The translations under genes were made by a program, and so were the position numbers. A stretch of DNA of 64,000 bases from Candidatus Limnocylindria bacterium (GTDB taxonomy: Bacteria; Chloroflexota; Limnocylindria; Limnocylindrales; CSP1-4). Below are positions 27,370-37,117 of this stretch, piece by piece (within the stretch, counting starts at the first letter, position 1; every line of letters begins with the position of its first letter). Under the pieces are notes generated by a model that was not told where the DNA came from, searched no databases, and was given only the letters and a program-made list of their open reading frames with translations. Location of the stretch: positions 26,985 through 90,984 of the forward strand of contig JBKHXL010000066.1 of NCBI GenBank assembly GCA_046566045.1. The letters run 5' to 3'.

Positions 27370-28182
27370 TCAGGCGGAGGCCGGGACCTGGCCCGGCGCG
27401 GCCGTCGGACGCTCGGGGACCGTGCCGCCGAGCCGGACCGTGATGGCCGCCGCCGTCTCGCGCGCCTGGGCGGCGAGCTCCGGGATGCGCCGGGGCGTGA
27501 GGCGGAAGGCCGGCCCCCAGATGTCGACCGCGGCGACCACGTTGCCGCGCGCGTCGTGGATCGGCGCGGCGACCGCGTTCAGGCCCAGCTCGTACTCCCC
27601 GATCGCGGTGGAATAGCCGCGGCGGCGGATGCGCGCCAGCTCCTCCAGCAGGGGCTCGAGCTCGGTGATGGTCCGCTCCGTGTAGGCCACCAGGCCGCGC
27701 CTCACCATGCGCAGGACCTCGCGCTCGGCCAGGGCCGACAGGAGGACCTTGCCCGACGCCACACAGTGGAGCGGGGTGGCGCGACCGGTCCAGTCGCCCA
27801 CCGCGATCAGGTTCGGGCCGTCCACCTGGGCGACCGTCAGGAGCGCCTCGCCGTCGAGGATCCCGACGCCGGTCGTCTCGTGGGTCAGGCGAGCCAGCCG
27901 CTCGAGCTCGGGCGTGGCGATGCCGCGCAGGTCGAGGGTCCGCTCGGCCTTCTCCGCAAGACGGATGACCACGAGACCGAGTCGGTACTTGCCGGTCTCG
28001 TCGTCCTGCTCGACGAGTCCACGCTTCTGGAGCGTGGCGAGGAGCCGCGACGCCGTGGACTTGTGCAGCCCGAGCCGTCGAGCGAGCTCGGTCACGCCCG
28101 CCTCGCCCTGGGACTCACCGAGGGCCAGCAGGAGCGCCGCCGCGCGATCGACCGACCGGACGGCGTTGCCGTCGAGGACCAT
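27370..28182 (-). CDS. IclR-family transcriptional regulator
   Basis: wHTH VTELARRLGLHKSTASRLLATLQKRG plus an IclR effector domain. Start is MVLDGNAV at 28182. Confidence 0.9.
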   Translation of the reverse strand: MVLDGNAVRSVDRAAALLLALGESQGEAGVTELARRLGLHKSTASRLLATLQKRGLVEQDDETGKYRLGLVVIRLAEKAERTLDLRGIATPELERLARLTHETTGVGILDGEALLTVAQVDGPNLIAVGDWTGRATPLHCVASGKVLLSALAEREVLRMVRRGLVAYTERTITELEPLLEELARIRRRGYSTAIGEYELGLNAVAAPIHDARGNVVAAVDIWGPAFRLTPRRIPELAAQARETAAAITVRLGGTVPERPTAAPGQVPASA

Positions 28183-28202
28183 GGTCGACGTCCTCGCCGC
28201 GG

Positions 28203-29603
28203 TCAGGCGTCGCCGGGCGCCGCATCCCCACCGGGGGATCGCGGCGCGGAGCTGCCCTGGCTGCGGGCGTCGAGGGCGGCCTGGAGCGAGTCCTCGAAGG
28301 CGGTCAGGACGCGGTCCACGATGTCGCCGGTCGCGTGCGCCTCGCACATGAACCACGGTTCGCGCGAATCGGGCTCGGGCATCGCACCGCGGGCATGCAT
28401 CCCGATGGCGATCGCGTCGTACAGCTGGTGGTCGGTCGTCGCCCAGTCGCGGTACTCGCTGGCCTCCTCCTCGCGGAACATGATCCCGAACATCGAGGGG
28501 TGGCCGGTGAAGTGGTACGGGATGCCGACCGGGTTGAGGATCTCGCGCAGGCCGTCCTGCATCCGCCGGCCGGTGGCGTGGACGGTCTCGAGGGCCGGGG
28601 TGTCGCGGATGATCTCCAGGGTCTTGACCGCGGCGGCGGCCGCGACGCGGTTGCCCGCGTACGTCCCGCCGTGGCTGACGTGGTCCGGCAGCATGGCCAT
28701 GATCTCGGCCCTGCCGCCGAAGGCCGCCGCCGGATAGCCGTTGCCCATCGCCTTGGCGAACGTCGCCAGATCGGGGGTGATGCCGAAGAACTCGGCCGCG
28801 CCGCCCCGGGCGAAGCGAAAGCCCGTCTTGACCTCGTCGAAGATGAGCAGGATGCCGAACTCCTCGGTCAGCGCCCGCATCTCCTTGTGGAAGCCGGGCC
28901 GGGGCATGATCCCCTGGGCATTGCCGAGGACGGGCTCCACGATGATCGCCGCGATCTCCTCGCCGCGCTGCTCGAACAGCGTGCGCAGGCGGTCGATGCG
29001 GTTGTAGCGAGCCGGGATGATCGTCTCGGCCACGGCGCTCGGGATGCCTCGACCCCAGGCCAGCGCGACCGGCGCATCGGCATCACCGAGCTCGGACATG
29101 TCGTCCGGCCCGACCGAGATGAGCGCGTAGTCGTGGACGCCGTGGTACTGGCCCTCGAACTTCACGATCTTCTCGCGCCCGGTGTAGGCCCGCGCGATGC
29201 GCATGGCGTGCATCGTGGCCTCCGTCCCGGACACGGTCATCCGCGCCTTGTCCACCCAGCCGGTCAGCTCCTTGACCAGCTCCATCGCCCTGACCTCGTC
29301 CTCCGAGGTCAGGCTGAAGCTCACGCCGCGACGCATCCGCTCGTTGACGTAGTCGTCGACCCGCTCGTCGTTGTGCCCGAGGATGACCGGCCCATAGCCC
29401 ATCCGCAGGTCGACGTACTCGTTGCCGTCGATGTCCCAGACCATGCCGCCCTTGCCCCGGTCGACGTAGATCGTGGAATCGCCCCACGCCCGGAAGTTGG
29501 AGTCGGTGCCACCGGGCAGCGTCTCGAGCGCCCGCCGGTACATGGCGGTCTGCTCGTCGCGGCGCAGGGACGGGGTGGTGCGGGTCGTCGGTCCGGCGGT
29601 CAT
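28203..29603 (-). CDS. class III (omega/GSA-type) aminotransferase
   Basis: LIFDEVKTGFR PLP-lysine motif, and SGTEATMHAMRIARAYTG. Confidence 0.9.
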   Translation of the reverse strand: MTAGPTTRTTPSLRRDEQTAMYRRALETLPGGTDSNFRAWGDSTIYVDRGKGGMVWDIDGNEYVDLRMGYGPVILGHNDERVDDYVNERMRRGVSFSLTSEDEVRAMELVKELTGWVDKARMTVSGTEATMHAMRIARAYTGREKIVKFEGQYHGVHDYALISVGPDDMSELGDADAPVALAWGRGIPSAVAETIIPARYNRIDRLRTLFEQRGEEIAAIIVEPVLGNAQGIMPRPGFHKEMRALTEEFGILLIFDEVKTGFRFARGGAAEFFGITPDLATFAKAMGNGYPAAAFGGRAEIMAMLPDHVSHGGTYAGNRVAAAAAVKTLEIIRDTPALETVHATGRRMQDGLREILNPVGIPYHFTGHPSMFGIMFREEEASEYRDWATTDHQLYDAIAIGMHARGAMPEPDSREPWFMCEAHATGDIVDRVLTAFEDSLQAALDARSQGSSAPRSPGGDAAPGDA

Positions 29604-29854
29604 GCGAGCCTCGTGGATGCGGGTCGGGTCGGGCGTCCGGACCGGTCCGTGGGACGGTCGTTGCGCGATGCGGGACGCGAGTCCGGCCATCGTGCCACAC
29701 GCCGGATCGCGTCGTCAACGCGACATTCGTCCTGGAGCCGCGCATCTGCTGCGAATCGACGCCGATCCGCCCGCGCTCCGCCCGAGATGCGCACGAGGGC
29801 GGGGCACGACAACCGGCACGGGCGCCGGCGCCTGCCCCGTGGCACCATGCCGGC

Positions 29855-31261
29855 ATGGCCCCCGACCACGAGTCCTTCCGGACCGACCACATCTACTGGC
29901 TGCGCGATGCGGCCCCGGCCGGGACCGGCGATCCTCCGCTCGCGCCGGGCGAGGCATGCGAGGCGGACGTGGCCGTCGTCGGCGGCGGGTTCACCGGCCT
30001 GTGGACGGCCATCGCCCTGACCGACACCGACCCCTCGCTGCGGGTCGTCGTCCTGGAGCAGGCGACCGTGGCCTTCGGCGCCAGCGGCCGCAACGGCGGC
30101 TTCTGCCAGGCCAGCCTGACCCACGGCCTGGCCAACGGCATCCGCCACTTCCCCGAGGAGCTGGATCGGCTCGAGCGGGAGGGCGCCGACAACATCCGCG
30201 CGCTCATCGAGTTCACGCGGGCGCACGGCATCGAGTGCGACCTGGAGGCGACCGGCACGATCGCCTTCGCCGACCAGCCCTACCAGGTGGACGAGTTCCG
30301 GGCGTGGGTCGACGAGGCCGCCGCGTACGGGGCGCGGACCGAGTTCTGGGACCGCGACCGCGCCCGGGCGGAGGTCCACTCGCCGCTCTGGCTGGCGGCC
30401 CTCCATGACCCACCGGGCGATGACCTGCTGCTCGACCCGGCGAAGCTCTGCCGCGGGATCGCGCGGGTCGCCCGCGAGCGCGGCGTGCGCATCCACGAGC
30501 ACACCCGGGTGACCGGCGTGGCGCGCCGGGCCGGCGGGGTGACGGTCGCCACCGAGGCGGGCGCGACCGTGCGGGCGGATCAGGTGGTCGTGGCCACCTC
30601 GGCGTACTCGGCCTGGCTGCGAAGGCTGTCGCCGCTGTTCGTGCCCGTGTACGACTACGCGCTGGTGTCGGAGCCGCTCACCGACGCGCAGCGCGCGGCG
30701 ATCGGCTGGGCCGGTCGTCAGGGCCTGAGCGATGCGAACAACCAGTTCCACTACTTCCGGCTGACCGCCGACGACCGGATCCTGTGGGGCGGCTACGACG
30801 CCATCCACTATCGCGGCAGCCGGGTGGACCCGGCGCTCGACTCGCGACCGGCCACGTTCGAGCGCCTGGAGGCGCAGTTCTTCCGAGCCTTCCCGCAGCT
30901 CGAGGGGCTGGGATTCCCGTATCGCTGGGGCGGTGCCATCGACACGACGTCGCGGTTCACCGTGACGTTCGGCCAGACGATGGGCGGCCGCGTGACCTAC
31001 GCCCTCGGCTACACGGGCCTCGGGGTCGGGGCCAGCCGGTGGGCCGCAGGCGTCGTGCGCGACTTCATCCTCCGCCCCGACGAGGATCGCCTGCGGCTGC
31101 GCCTCGTGTCGTCGCCGCCCATCCCGTTCCCGCCGGAGCCGCTGCGCTCGTTCGCGGTGGACACGGTCCGCGGGGAGCTGGACCGGGCCGATCGCGAGGA
31201 GGGGCGGCGCAGCCTCATCCTGCGCTCGCTCGACGCCGTGGGGATCGGCTTCGACTCGTAG
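29855..31261 (+). CDS. FAD-dependent oxidoreductase (DAO family, gamma-glutamylputrescine-oxidase-like)
   Basis: VAVVGGGFTGLWTA and GASGRNGG. Divergent from the aminotransferase gene. Confidence 0.85.
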   Translation: MAPDHESFRTDHIYWLRDAAPAGTGDPPLAPGEACEADVAVVGGGFTGLWTAIALTDTDPSLRVVVLEQATVAFGASGRNGGFCQASLTHGLANGIRHFPEELDRLEREGADNIRALIEFTRAHGIECDLEATGTIAFADQPYQVDEFRAWVDEAAAYGARTEFWDRDRARAEVHSPLWLAALHDPPGDDLLLDPAKLCRGIARVARERGVRIHEHTRVTGVARRAGGVTVATEAGATVRADQVVVATSAYSAWLRRLSPLFVPVYDYALVSEPLTDAQRAAIGWAGRQGLSDANNQFHYFRLTADDRILWGGYDAIHYRGSRVDPALDSRPATFERLEAQFFRAFPQLEGLGFPYRWGGAIDTTSRFTVTFGQTMGGRVTYALGYTGLGVGASRWAAGVVRDFILRPDEDRLRLRLVSSPPIPFPPEPLRSFAVDTVRGELDRADREEGRRSLILRSLDAVGIGFDS

Positions 31262-31455
31262 TCCCGGGCGCGGCGCCGGGGGTCAGCCCGGTGCGCCTGG
31301 CCCCGATGCTCGCCCGGCGTACATCCCAGCGGGGGAATCGTCGCTGGGACCCGTGCCGGGGCCCCTCCCCCGCCCTGGTGGCCGCGCGGCGAGCACTGCG
31401 GCGGTGGACGGCGCGCCGCGGATCGTTCCCCCGCCCATGCGTTCGCCCAGAGGAC

Positions 31456-31499
31456 GGGGAGGCCCGGCAGACCGGGCGGGGAGGCCGCGCAGACCGGGC
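31456..31499. repeat. 22-nt tandem duplication
   Basis: GGGGAGGCCCGGCAGACCGGGC is followed by GGGGAGGCCGCGCAGACCGGGC (20/22 identical), in the 309-nt convergent intergenic region. Confidence 0.8.
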
Positions 31500-31570
31500 G
31501 GGCGGGCCGGAGGCGAGCCGGACGCGGGACAGCGACACCGCGGGGGACGCACCACCTCGTTCCCGCGACG

Positions 31571-33271
31571 TCAGGCGGGGGTCGCGACCCAGGTCGGCAG
31601 CTCGCGGGCCAGCGTGGCCAGCGGCAGGGATCCATGGCCCAGCACCTGGTCGTGGAACTCGCGCAGGTCGAACGCGGCCCCGTCGCGCTCGGTGATCTGG
31701 CGGCGGAGGGCCTCGATCTGGCGCTGGCCGAGCTTGTAGGTCAGGGCCTGGCCGGGCCAGCAGATGTAGCGGTCGGTCTCGATGACCGCGTCGGTCTCGG
31801 ACAGGCCGGCGCCGAGCAGGAAGTCGATCGAGCGCTGGCGCTCCCAGCGCAGGGCGTGCATGCCGGTGTCGACCACGAGCCGCGCAGCCCGCCAGGCCTG
31901 CGCATCGAGCATGCCGAGCCGCTCGCCCTCGTCGCGGTACAGGCCCATCTCGTCCGCGAGGCGCTCGCTGTAGAGGCCCCAGCCCTCCACGTAGGCGCCA
32001 CCGACCATCCGCGCGCCGAGGCGGCGGAAGCGGTTGAGGCGCTCGTTCTCCATCTCCAGGGTGATCTGGAAGTGGTGGCCTGGAGCCGCCTCGTGGTACG
32101 TCGTCGAGGCGAGCTTCGAGTACAGCCGGCTGGGGAGGTCGTAGCCGTTGGCGTAGTAGATCCCGTCGCGCTGGCCGTCGCCCGACGGCGGGTAGTAGTA
32201 CGCGAACGGAGCGTCCTTCTCCTTGTACGACTCGACCGCGCGGACCTCGCAGCCGGCGCGCGGCAGCCGCCCGAAGAAGCGCGGCGCGGCGGCCATCGCC
32301 CGCTCGATGTCCTCCGTCGCCCGGGCGATCAGCTCGTCCTTCGTGCTGGGGTGGTTGGCCGGGTCCGCGTCGAGTCGGGCCCGGAACGCCGCAACGTGAT
32401 CCCCGAAGCCCGCCTGGCGCGCGACCTCGCGGCGCTCCTCGTCGATCGACTCGAGCTCCTCCAGGCCGATCCGGTGGATGGCCTCGGGCTCGAGCTCGAG
32501 CGTCGTCCAGCTCCGGATCGCGGTCCGGTACAGCGCGTCGCCGGCCGGCGCGGACCAGAGGCCCGGCTCCTCGCGGCTGGCATGGCGGTACTCGCCGCGC
32601 AGGGTGTCGAGGAAGGCGCGATCGGCCGGGTACACGACATCGCGCACGATCTCGCGCACGATCTCGCGGTCCGCCTCCGACGCCCCGATGAGGCTGCCCG
32701 GGATGATCGCGTCCTCGATCGGGATGGCGAGCATCCGCTCGATCTGGGCGATCGTCCGCTCGGTCACGACCGTCGGCGCGGTGAGGCCCGTGGACAGCGC
32801 CTCGCGCAGGGTCCCCTCGTGCGCGGCCATGAACGCCGGGTACGCGTGCAGCCGAGCGATGAACGCCTCGAGCCGCTCCGGCGTGTCGACCGGCTGGAAC
32901 TGGGTCATCTGCGGCATCAGGTGCTGCGGCCCGCCCATCTGGTCGACGACGCGCAGCTGGTGGAAGCCCTGGTCGTCCTCCTCCATGTGCAGTTCCGCGA
33001 TGACCTGCAGCATGTCGCGCGTGATGCGGTCCTCGGTCGACAGGCCGTCGACCGGGATGGCGGCCGCCTCGGCCGCGGTGCGCGCCATCAGCGCCCGGAC
33101 CCGGGCCCGACCCGTGGGCGAGGGGTCCTCCAGCTGGTCCGCCCAGCGGTCATCGCCGTAGAACGTGGCCGTCGTGGGATTGGCCTCCAGGATCCCCTCC
33201 CAGAAGCGATCGGCGAGCGCGTTGACGGCGGCGCCCGGATCGTCCGGGCGGGCCTCGAGCGGATCGGACAT
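31571..33271 (-). CDS. DUF885-family protein
   Basis: The HEAAPGHHFQ motif and the overall ~565-aa length are typical of DUF885. Confidence 0.8.
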   Translation of the reverse strand: MSDPLEARPDDPGAAVNALADRFWEGILEANPTTATFYGDDRWADQLEDPSPTGRARVRALMARTAAEAAAIPVDGLSTEDRITRDMLQVIAELHMEEDDQGFHQLRVVDQMGGPQHLMPQMTQFQPVDTPERLEAFIARLHAYPAFMAAHEGTLREALSTGLTAPTVVTERTIAQIERMLAIPIEDAIIPGSLIGASEADREIVREIVRDVVYPADRAFLDTLRGEYRHASREEPGLWSAPAGDALYRTAIRSWTTLELEPEAIHRIGLEELESIDEERREVARQAGFGDHVAAFRARLDADPANHPSTKDELIARATEDIERAMAAAPRFFGRLPRAGCEVRAVESYKEKDAPFAYYYPPSGDGQRDGIYYANGYDLPSRLYSKLASTTYHEAAPGHHFQITLEMENERLNRFRRLGARMVGGAYVEGWGLYSERLADEMGLYRDEGERLGMLDAQAWRAARLVVDTGMHALRWERQRSIDFLLGAGLSETDAVIETDRYICWPGQALTYKLGQRQIEALRRQITERDGAAFDLREFHDQVLGHGSLPLATLARELPTWVATPA

Positions 33272-33358
33272 GCGTGGAGTGGTCTCCCCAGGTGGCGCGG
33301 TGGACCGCGGCCAGCGGACGTCGCGAGCCACGGTCGACCGGGCGACCGTCTCGGGGCG

Positions 33359-36220
33359 CTAGGGTACCGCGGGACCACTGCCGCCGCCGAACAGCGGCAT
33401 CTGCTCCCCGCTGCGCTCCACCAGCGGATCGAGCCCGAGCAGCGGCTCGAGCGCGGCCAGGTCGGGCGGGTCCATGGCCAGGAACGTGCGCAGGTGGTCC
33501 CACTTGATGACGTTCCATCCGCCGCCGTCCATGGCGGCGCGGAGCAGCGGCGAGCGCTCGAGCTTGTGGCGGACCAGCTCGGTCCGCTCCGGGGCGATGG
33601 CCAGGAACCGGACGAGGCGGTCGTTCGGCCCGAGTCGCGCATGGCGGCGCAGGAGCGTCTCCCCGAGGATCGCCGTCCACTCGACCTCGAACAGGAGCGC
33701 GACCTTGCCGCGCACGTACCAGATGACGTCGACCTCGGCGAGGTCGTCGACCGGTCGAGCGATGCTCCCCAGGTAGGCCTGCCGCTCGCGCTCGTCGAGC
33801 AGGTCGCCGAGCGTGCCGCGGCCGTGGCGGCGGCCCTGCTCCCGCTCGCCGATCCACACGCGCATGCCGAGACGGTGCCCGGCGTCGACCAGCCGGGCGA
33901 TCAGCTCGGCGTGCTCCTGGCTGCGTCGCAGCAGGTCGTCCGCCGTGGCCAGTCGGTCCGCGCTGCCCGTCCGGCTCCGGTAGCTGGCCAGGCAGGCCCG
34001 GACCAGCGTCTCGTCGGGCAGGTCGTGGCCGGTGTACAGCGTGGCGATCCGCTCGAAGAAGGCGGCCTCGTTCAGCGGCCCGCCGGTCGACAGGAGCGAG
34101 AAGACCGACCACTCGACCCGGTCGGCCAGGGGCGGCGCGGCCGTCTCCTGGTCCGCCTGGTCGCCGAGCCACCAGCGGCCGGGTTCGATCTCGCGCAGGC
34201 GGACCTGTCCCGGCCGCGAGAACTCGTCGCGGATCAGCCGGACGAGGCGCTCGACCGGGTCCGGCCGGCCCGCCGCGTCCACCCCGCTCGATGCCACCGT
34301 GCCGGCGATCGCGGAACCGGAGCCCACGGCCCGGGTCGTGCCGCGCGCCGGACCGGATCGAGCGGGGCCATCGGCTCCGACGTCCGACCCGGGGTCGGCG
34401 GCGCGGCCCGCATCGGAGCTGGGCTCCGCGCCGGACCGGTCGTCGCGTGCGGCGGCTCCCGCGTCGGCAGGGTCGCCGGCGTCGGTCGTGGCCGGCGCGG
34501 ACATCGACCCGACCGCCAGGCGACGAAGGTGGCCCGACCGGTCGAGGGCGACGAGCACCTCGCCGAACAGCCGCTCGAAGCGGGCCGGCTCGCCGCGGGC
34601 CCGCAGCGTCTCGACCGCGGCCTCGGTCACGATGCGGCGCGCCTCGTACTCGGAGAACGGCCGCCGGTCGAACCGCTCGGGTGGGGCGAACAGGCCCGGG
34701 CCCGGCACGAGGTCCGGATCGCCCGGACCGTCGGCGACGGGCGGCAGGCCGACATTCGCGCGGGTCCGCGGACCGGGCGGCAGGGCCGCCCCCGGCGGGA
34801 TCGCCTCGACCACGCTGGGTGCGTCGTCGCCCGGCTCGGCCAGCCGGGCCGCGACCAGCCGGAAGCCGGCCGATGCGGCGCCGATGACGACCGCCGCGAG
34901 CGCGTCCGGACCGCCGTCCACGAACTGGACGAGCCGCCCGTCGCGAGCCATCGCCGGCGCGACCGCAGTCAGGGACCGGCCGAGGGCGACGGCCTGCCAC
35001 GACCACGGGCTGCGCAGGGCCGGGCTGGCCAACGCGTCCACCGGCAGCAGCCCGGCCGCCTCGCGGCCCAGGGTCCAGGCGGTCCCATGGTAGGCCAGGG
35101 CCAGGCGGTCGAGGTCGGGGCGGAGGGCGGGCTGGCCCAGCACGAGCCGGACCCGCGGATCGCCGGCTCGACCGTCGCCGATGGTCCGGATGGCCGACGG
35201 GCTGGCGTTGGCCAGGACGGCCGTCGCGGTCCCCTCGCCGAGCGCGCGCAGATCCTCCCCGAGGCGGGCCTGGACCGGTCCGACGAGGCCGCCCTCCAGA
35301 CGCTGGACGAATCCCCGCACCAGCCGGAAGCCGTCCTCGAAGGCGCTCCACGGGTTGCGCTCGTGCCACACGCCGCCAGCCGGCAGACGGACGTGCCCGC
35401 CCTGGACGCGCAGGGTCGCGACCCGGCCCGTGCCGCTCGCCAGCCGGGTCGACGGCAGCAGCGCGTGAAGCATGGCCAGGCGCAGGGCGGCCAGGACCGG
35501 GGCCGCGCGCAGGTCGGTCTCGATGCGCTCCATGATCCCGACCAGGGCCACGAGCTGGCGGGGCACGTGCAGGTCGAGCAGCTCGTCCACCAGGCGTGGC
35601 GCGCCGTCCACCGTCGGGAATCGATCGCGGGCCCAGGCCAGCGCCTCGTCGTAGCCGGTCCGCGCCACGGCCCGCGCGACGTCCTCCGGGTCGAGCGGCG
35701 CGTCGCGCAGCTCCGCCCCGCCGCGCTGGTCGCGGCACACGACGCAGCGGTAGTGACGCCGGGTCGGGACGGCCGCGCCGGCGGCGTCCGGGTCCCCGCC
35801 CTTCTCGGACGGGAGCGCCCACGTGACGGCGTCCGCCACGAGCATGCGGCCACACGTCGCGCAACGGGTGGCGTACAGGTCCCCGAGCGAGACCTTCAGG
35901 CTGGACTCGCCGCGGGGCGACGCGGCCATGCCCTGGAACGCCGCGTCGAGATGGCGCACGTCCGGCGGACGCAGCACGACCTCCGCGAGCATCCGCGTCA
36001 GCGGGCTGGACTCGATCGAGACGGCGCGGCGCTGGCGGTCCACCGCGCCGCGGGCGACCCAGCCCCCGCGCCCGGCGAGGTCGACGACGACGTCGCCGGG
36101 TCCCGTGTGCGCCTCGACGCGGGCGGCGATGAGCGCGGGCGCCGGCGGTGGCGCCAGGCGATCGAACGCGGGCAGGATGTACCCGCTGTCAGCCCGCGTG
36201 GATCCGCTCCGGCCGCTCAT
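33359..36220 (-). CDS. 953-aa multidomain protein: degenerate DNA-methyltransferase-like N-terminal module with Zn-ribbon, disordered linker, C-terminal PD-(D/E)xK-like module (function unknown)
   Basis: HTGPGDVVVDLAGRGGWVARGAV...RRAVSIESSP resembles the motif-I end of N6A/N4C methyltransferases. Ribbon CATCGR...YRCVVCRD. C-terminus HAELIARL...EVDVIWYVRGKVALLFEVEWT. Its composition is far more protein-like than the overlapping shadow ORFs. Confidence 0.7.
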   Translation of the reverse strand: MSGRSGSTRADSGYILPAFDRLAPPPAPALIAARVEAHTGPGDVVVDLAGRGGWVARGAVDRQRRAVSIESSPLTRMLAEVVLRPPDVRHLDAAFQGMAASPRGESSLKVSLGDLYATRCATCGRMLVADAVTWALPSEKGGDPDAAGAAVPTRRHYRCVVCRDQRGGAELRDAPLDPEDVARAVARTGYDEALAWARDRFPTVDGAPRLVDELLDLHVPRQLVALVGIMERIETDLRAAPVLAALRLAMLHALLPSTRLASGTGRVATLRVQGGHVRLPAGGVWHERNPWSAFEDGFRLVRGFVQRLEGGLVGPVQARLGEDLRALGEGTATAVLANASPSAIRTIGDGRAGDPRVRLVLGQPALRPDLDRLALAYHGTAWTLGREAAGLLPVDALASPALRSPWSWQAVALGRSLTAVAPAMARDGRLVQFVDGGPDALAAVVIGAASAGFRLVAARLAEPGDDAPSVVEAIPPGAALPPGPRTRANVGLPPVADGPGDPDLVPGPGLFAPPERFDRRPFSEYEARRIVTEAAVETLRARGEPARFERLFGEVLVALDRSGHLRRLAVGSMSAPATTDAGDPADAGAAARDDRSGAEPSSDAGRAADPGSDVGADGPARSGPARGTTRAVGSGSAIAGTVASSGVDAAGRPDPVERLVRLIRDEFSRPGQVRLREIEPGRWWLGDQADQETAAPPLADRVEWSVFSLLSTGGPLNEAAFFERIATLYTGHDLPDETLVRACLASYRSRTGSADRLATADDLLRRSQEHAELIARLVDAGHRLGMRVWIGEREQGRRHGRGTLGDLLDERERQAYLGSIARPVDDLAEVDVIWYVRGKVALLFEVEWTAILGETLLRRHARLGPNDRLVRFLAIAPERTELVRHKLERSPLLRAAMDGGGWNVIKWDHLRTFLAMDPPDLAALEPLLGLDPLVERSGEQMPLFGGGSGPAVP

Positions 36221-36259
36221 CGCACGGCGGATGCTAGCCCACCGCGGGCCCTGGCCGGG

Positions 36260-37117
36260 TCACGCCTCGTCGAGGTCGTCGTCCTCGGCCTCGAAGGCCT
36301 CGTCGGTCGTGGACTCCGGCGGCAGGACGCGGTCGAGGTCCTCGATCTCCTCGTCCTCCTCGTCGTCCTCGAGGTCCTCTTCCAGCTCCATCTCCTCGCG
36401 CACGAGGGTGCCCTTGGTGTACGGGCGCAGGTCGGTCGACTTGGCGGCGGTCGGGAAACTGACCTTGCCGTAGTTGGACGGGTCCTGGAAGATCTCGCGG
36501 ATGATCAGGCGGACGTCCTTGTCGCCGAGGCTGGTGACGCCGGCCGCGTACTTGTTGCCGTCGGCGATGAGCTTGAGCAGGCGCGCCGCGACGCGCGGCT
36601 CGACCACGCCGATGCGCACGCCGTTGCTGATCGCGATCAGGCGACCCCGTTCGGGCGTCAGCTCGACGTAGTCGCCCGGGTTGACCTGGGCGAGCTCCTT
36701 GGGCGAGGCGAGGTCGGTCAGGAAGGCGAACCCGGTCTTGCCGGTCTCCTCGACGAAGATGCTGACCGGGGCCTTGCTGCCCTCCATCGCCGGCACGGTC
36801 TTCTTGCCGGCGGCGTTGAGCAGCATCTTGAGCCGGTCGATGTTGCGCTCGGCGATGCGGTTGGTCGGATCGAGGGCGAGCGCGGTCTGGTAGTGCTCGC
36901 GCGCCTCGCCGAGCATGCCCAGCTCCCAGAGCGCCTTGGCCAGGCGGTTCTCCGCCTCGACGTCGGGCCCGAGCTCCAGCAGCCGGCGGTTGGTGGCGGC
37001 CGCCTCGTCCCACTGCGCGGCGGTGGCCTGGGCGATCGCCTGCTCGGCGAGCTGCCGCTTGGTGCGGATGAGGTTGACGGGACTCTGGGCGTTCGTCTCG
37101 ACGTCGGGGAAGGTCAC
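36260..37117 (-). CDS. TPR-repeat protein with central small beta-barrel (HIRAN-like?) segment and poly-acidic C-terminal tail
   Basis: GTG start follows AAAGGAA. TPR-like EAENRLAKALWELGMLGEAREHYQTALALDP. NPGDYVELTPERGRLIAISNGVRIGVVEPRVAARLLKLIADG. 27 of the last 46 residues are Asp/Glu. Confidence 0.75.
   Translation of the reverse strand: MTFPDVETNAQSPVNLIRTKRQLAEQAIAQATAAQWDEAAATNRRLLELGPDVEAENRLAKALWELGMLGEAREHYQTALALDPTNRIAERNIDRLKMLLNAAGKKTVPAMEGSKAPVSIFVEETGKTGFAFLTDLASPKELAQVNPGDYVELTPERGRLIAISNGVRIGVVEPRVAARLLKLIADGNKYAAGVTSLGDKDVRLIIREIFQDPSNYGKVSFPTAAKSTDLRPYTKGTLVREEMELEEDLEDDEEDEEIEDLDRVLPPESTTDEAFEAEDDDLDEA

Noticed and set aside
29604-29854. A possible IclR operator in the divergent aminotransferase/FAD-oxidase promoter (GTCGTCAACGCGAC and CGACATTCG...CGAATCGACG partial symmetry).
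   Set aside because: The symmetry is imperfect and I cannot distinguish it from chance without comparative data. Noted only as the AT-richest patch of that region.
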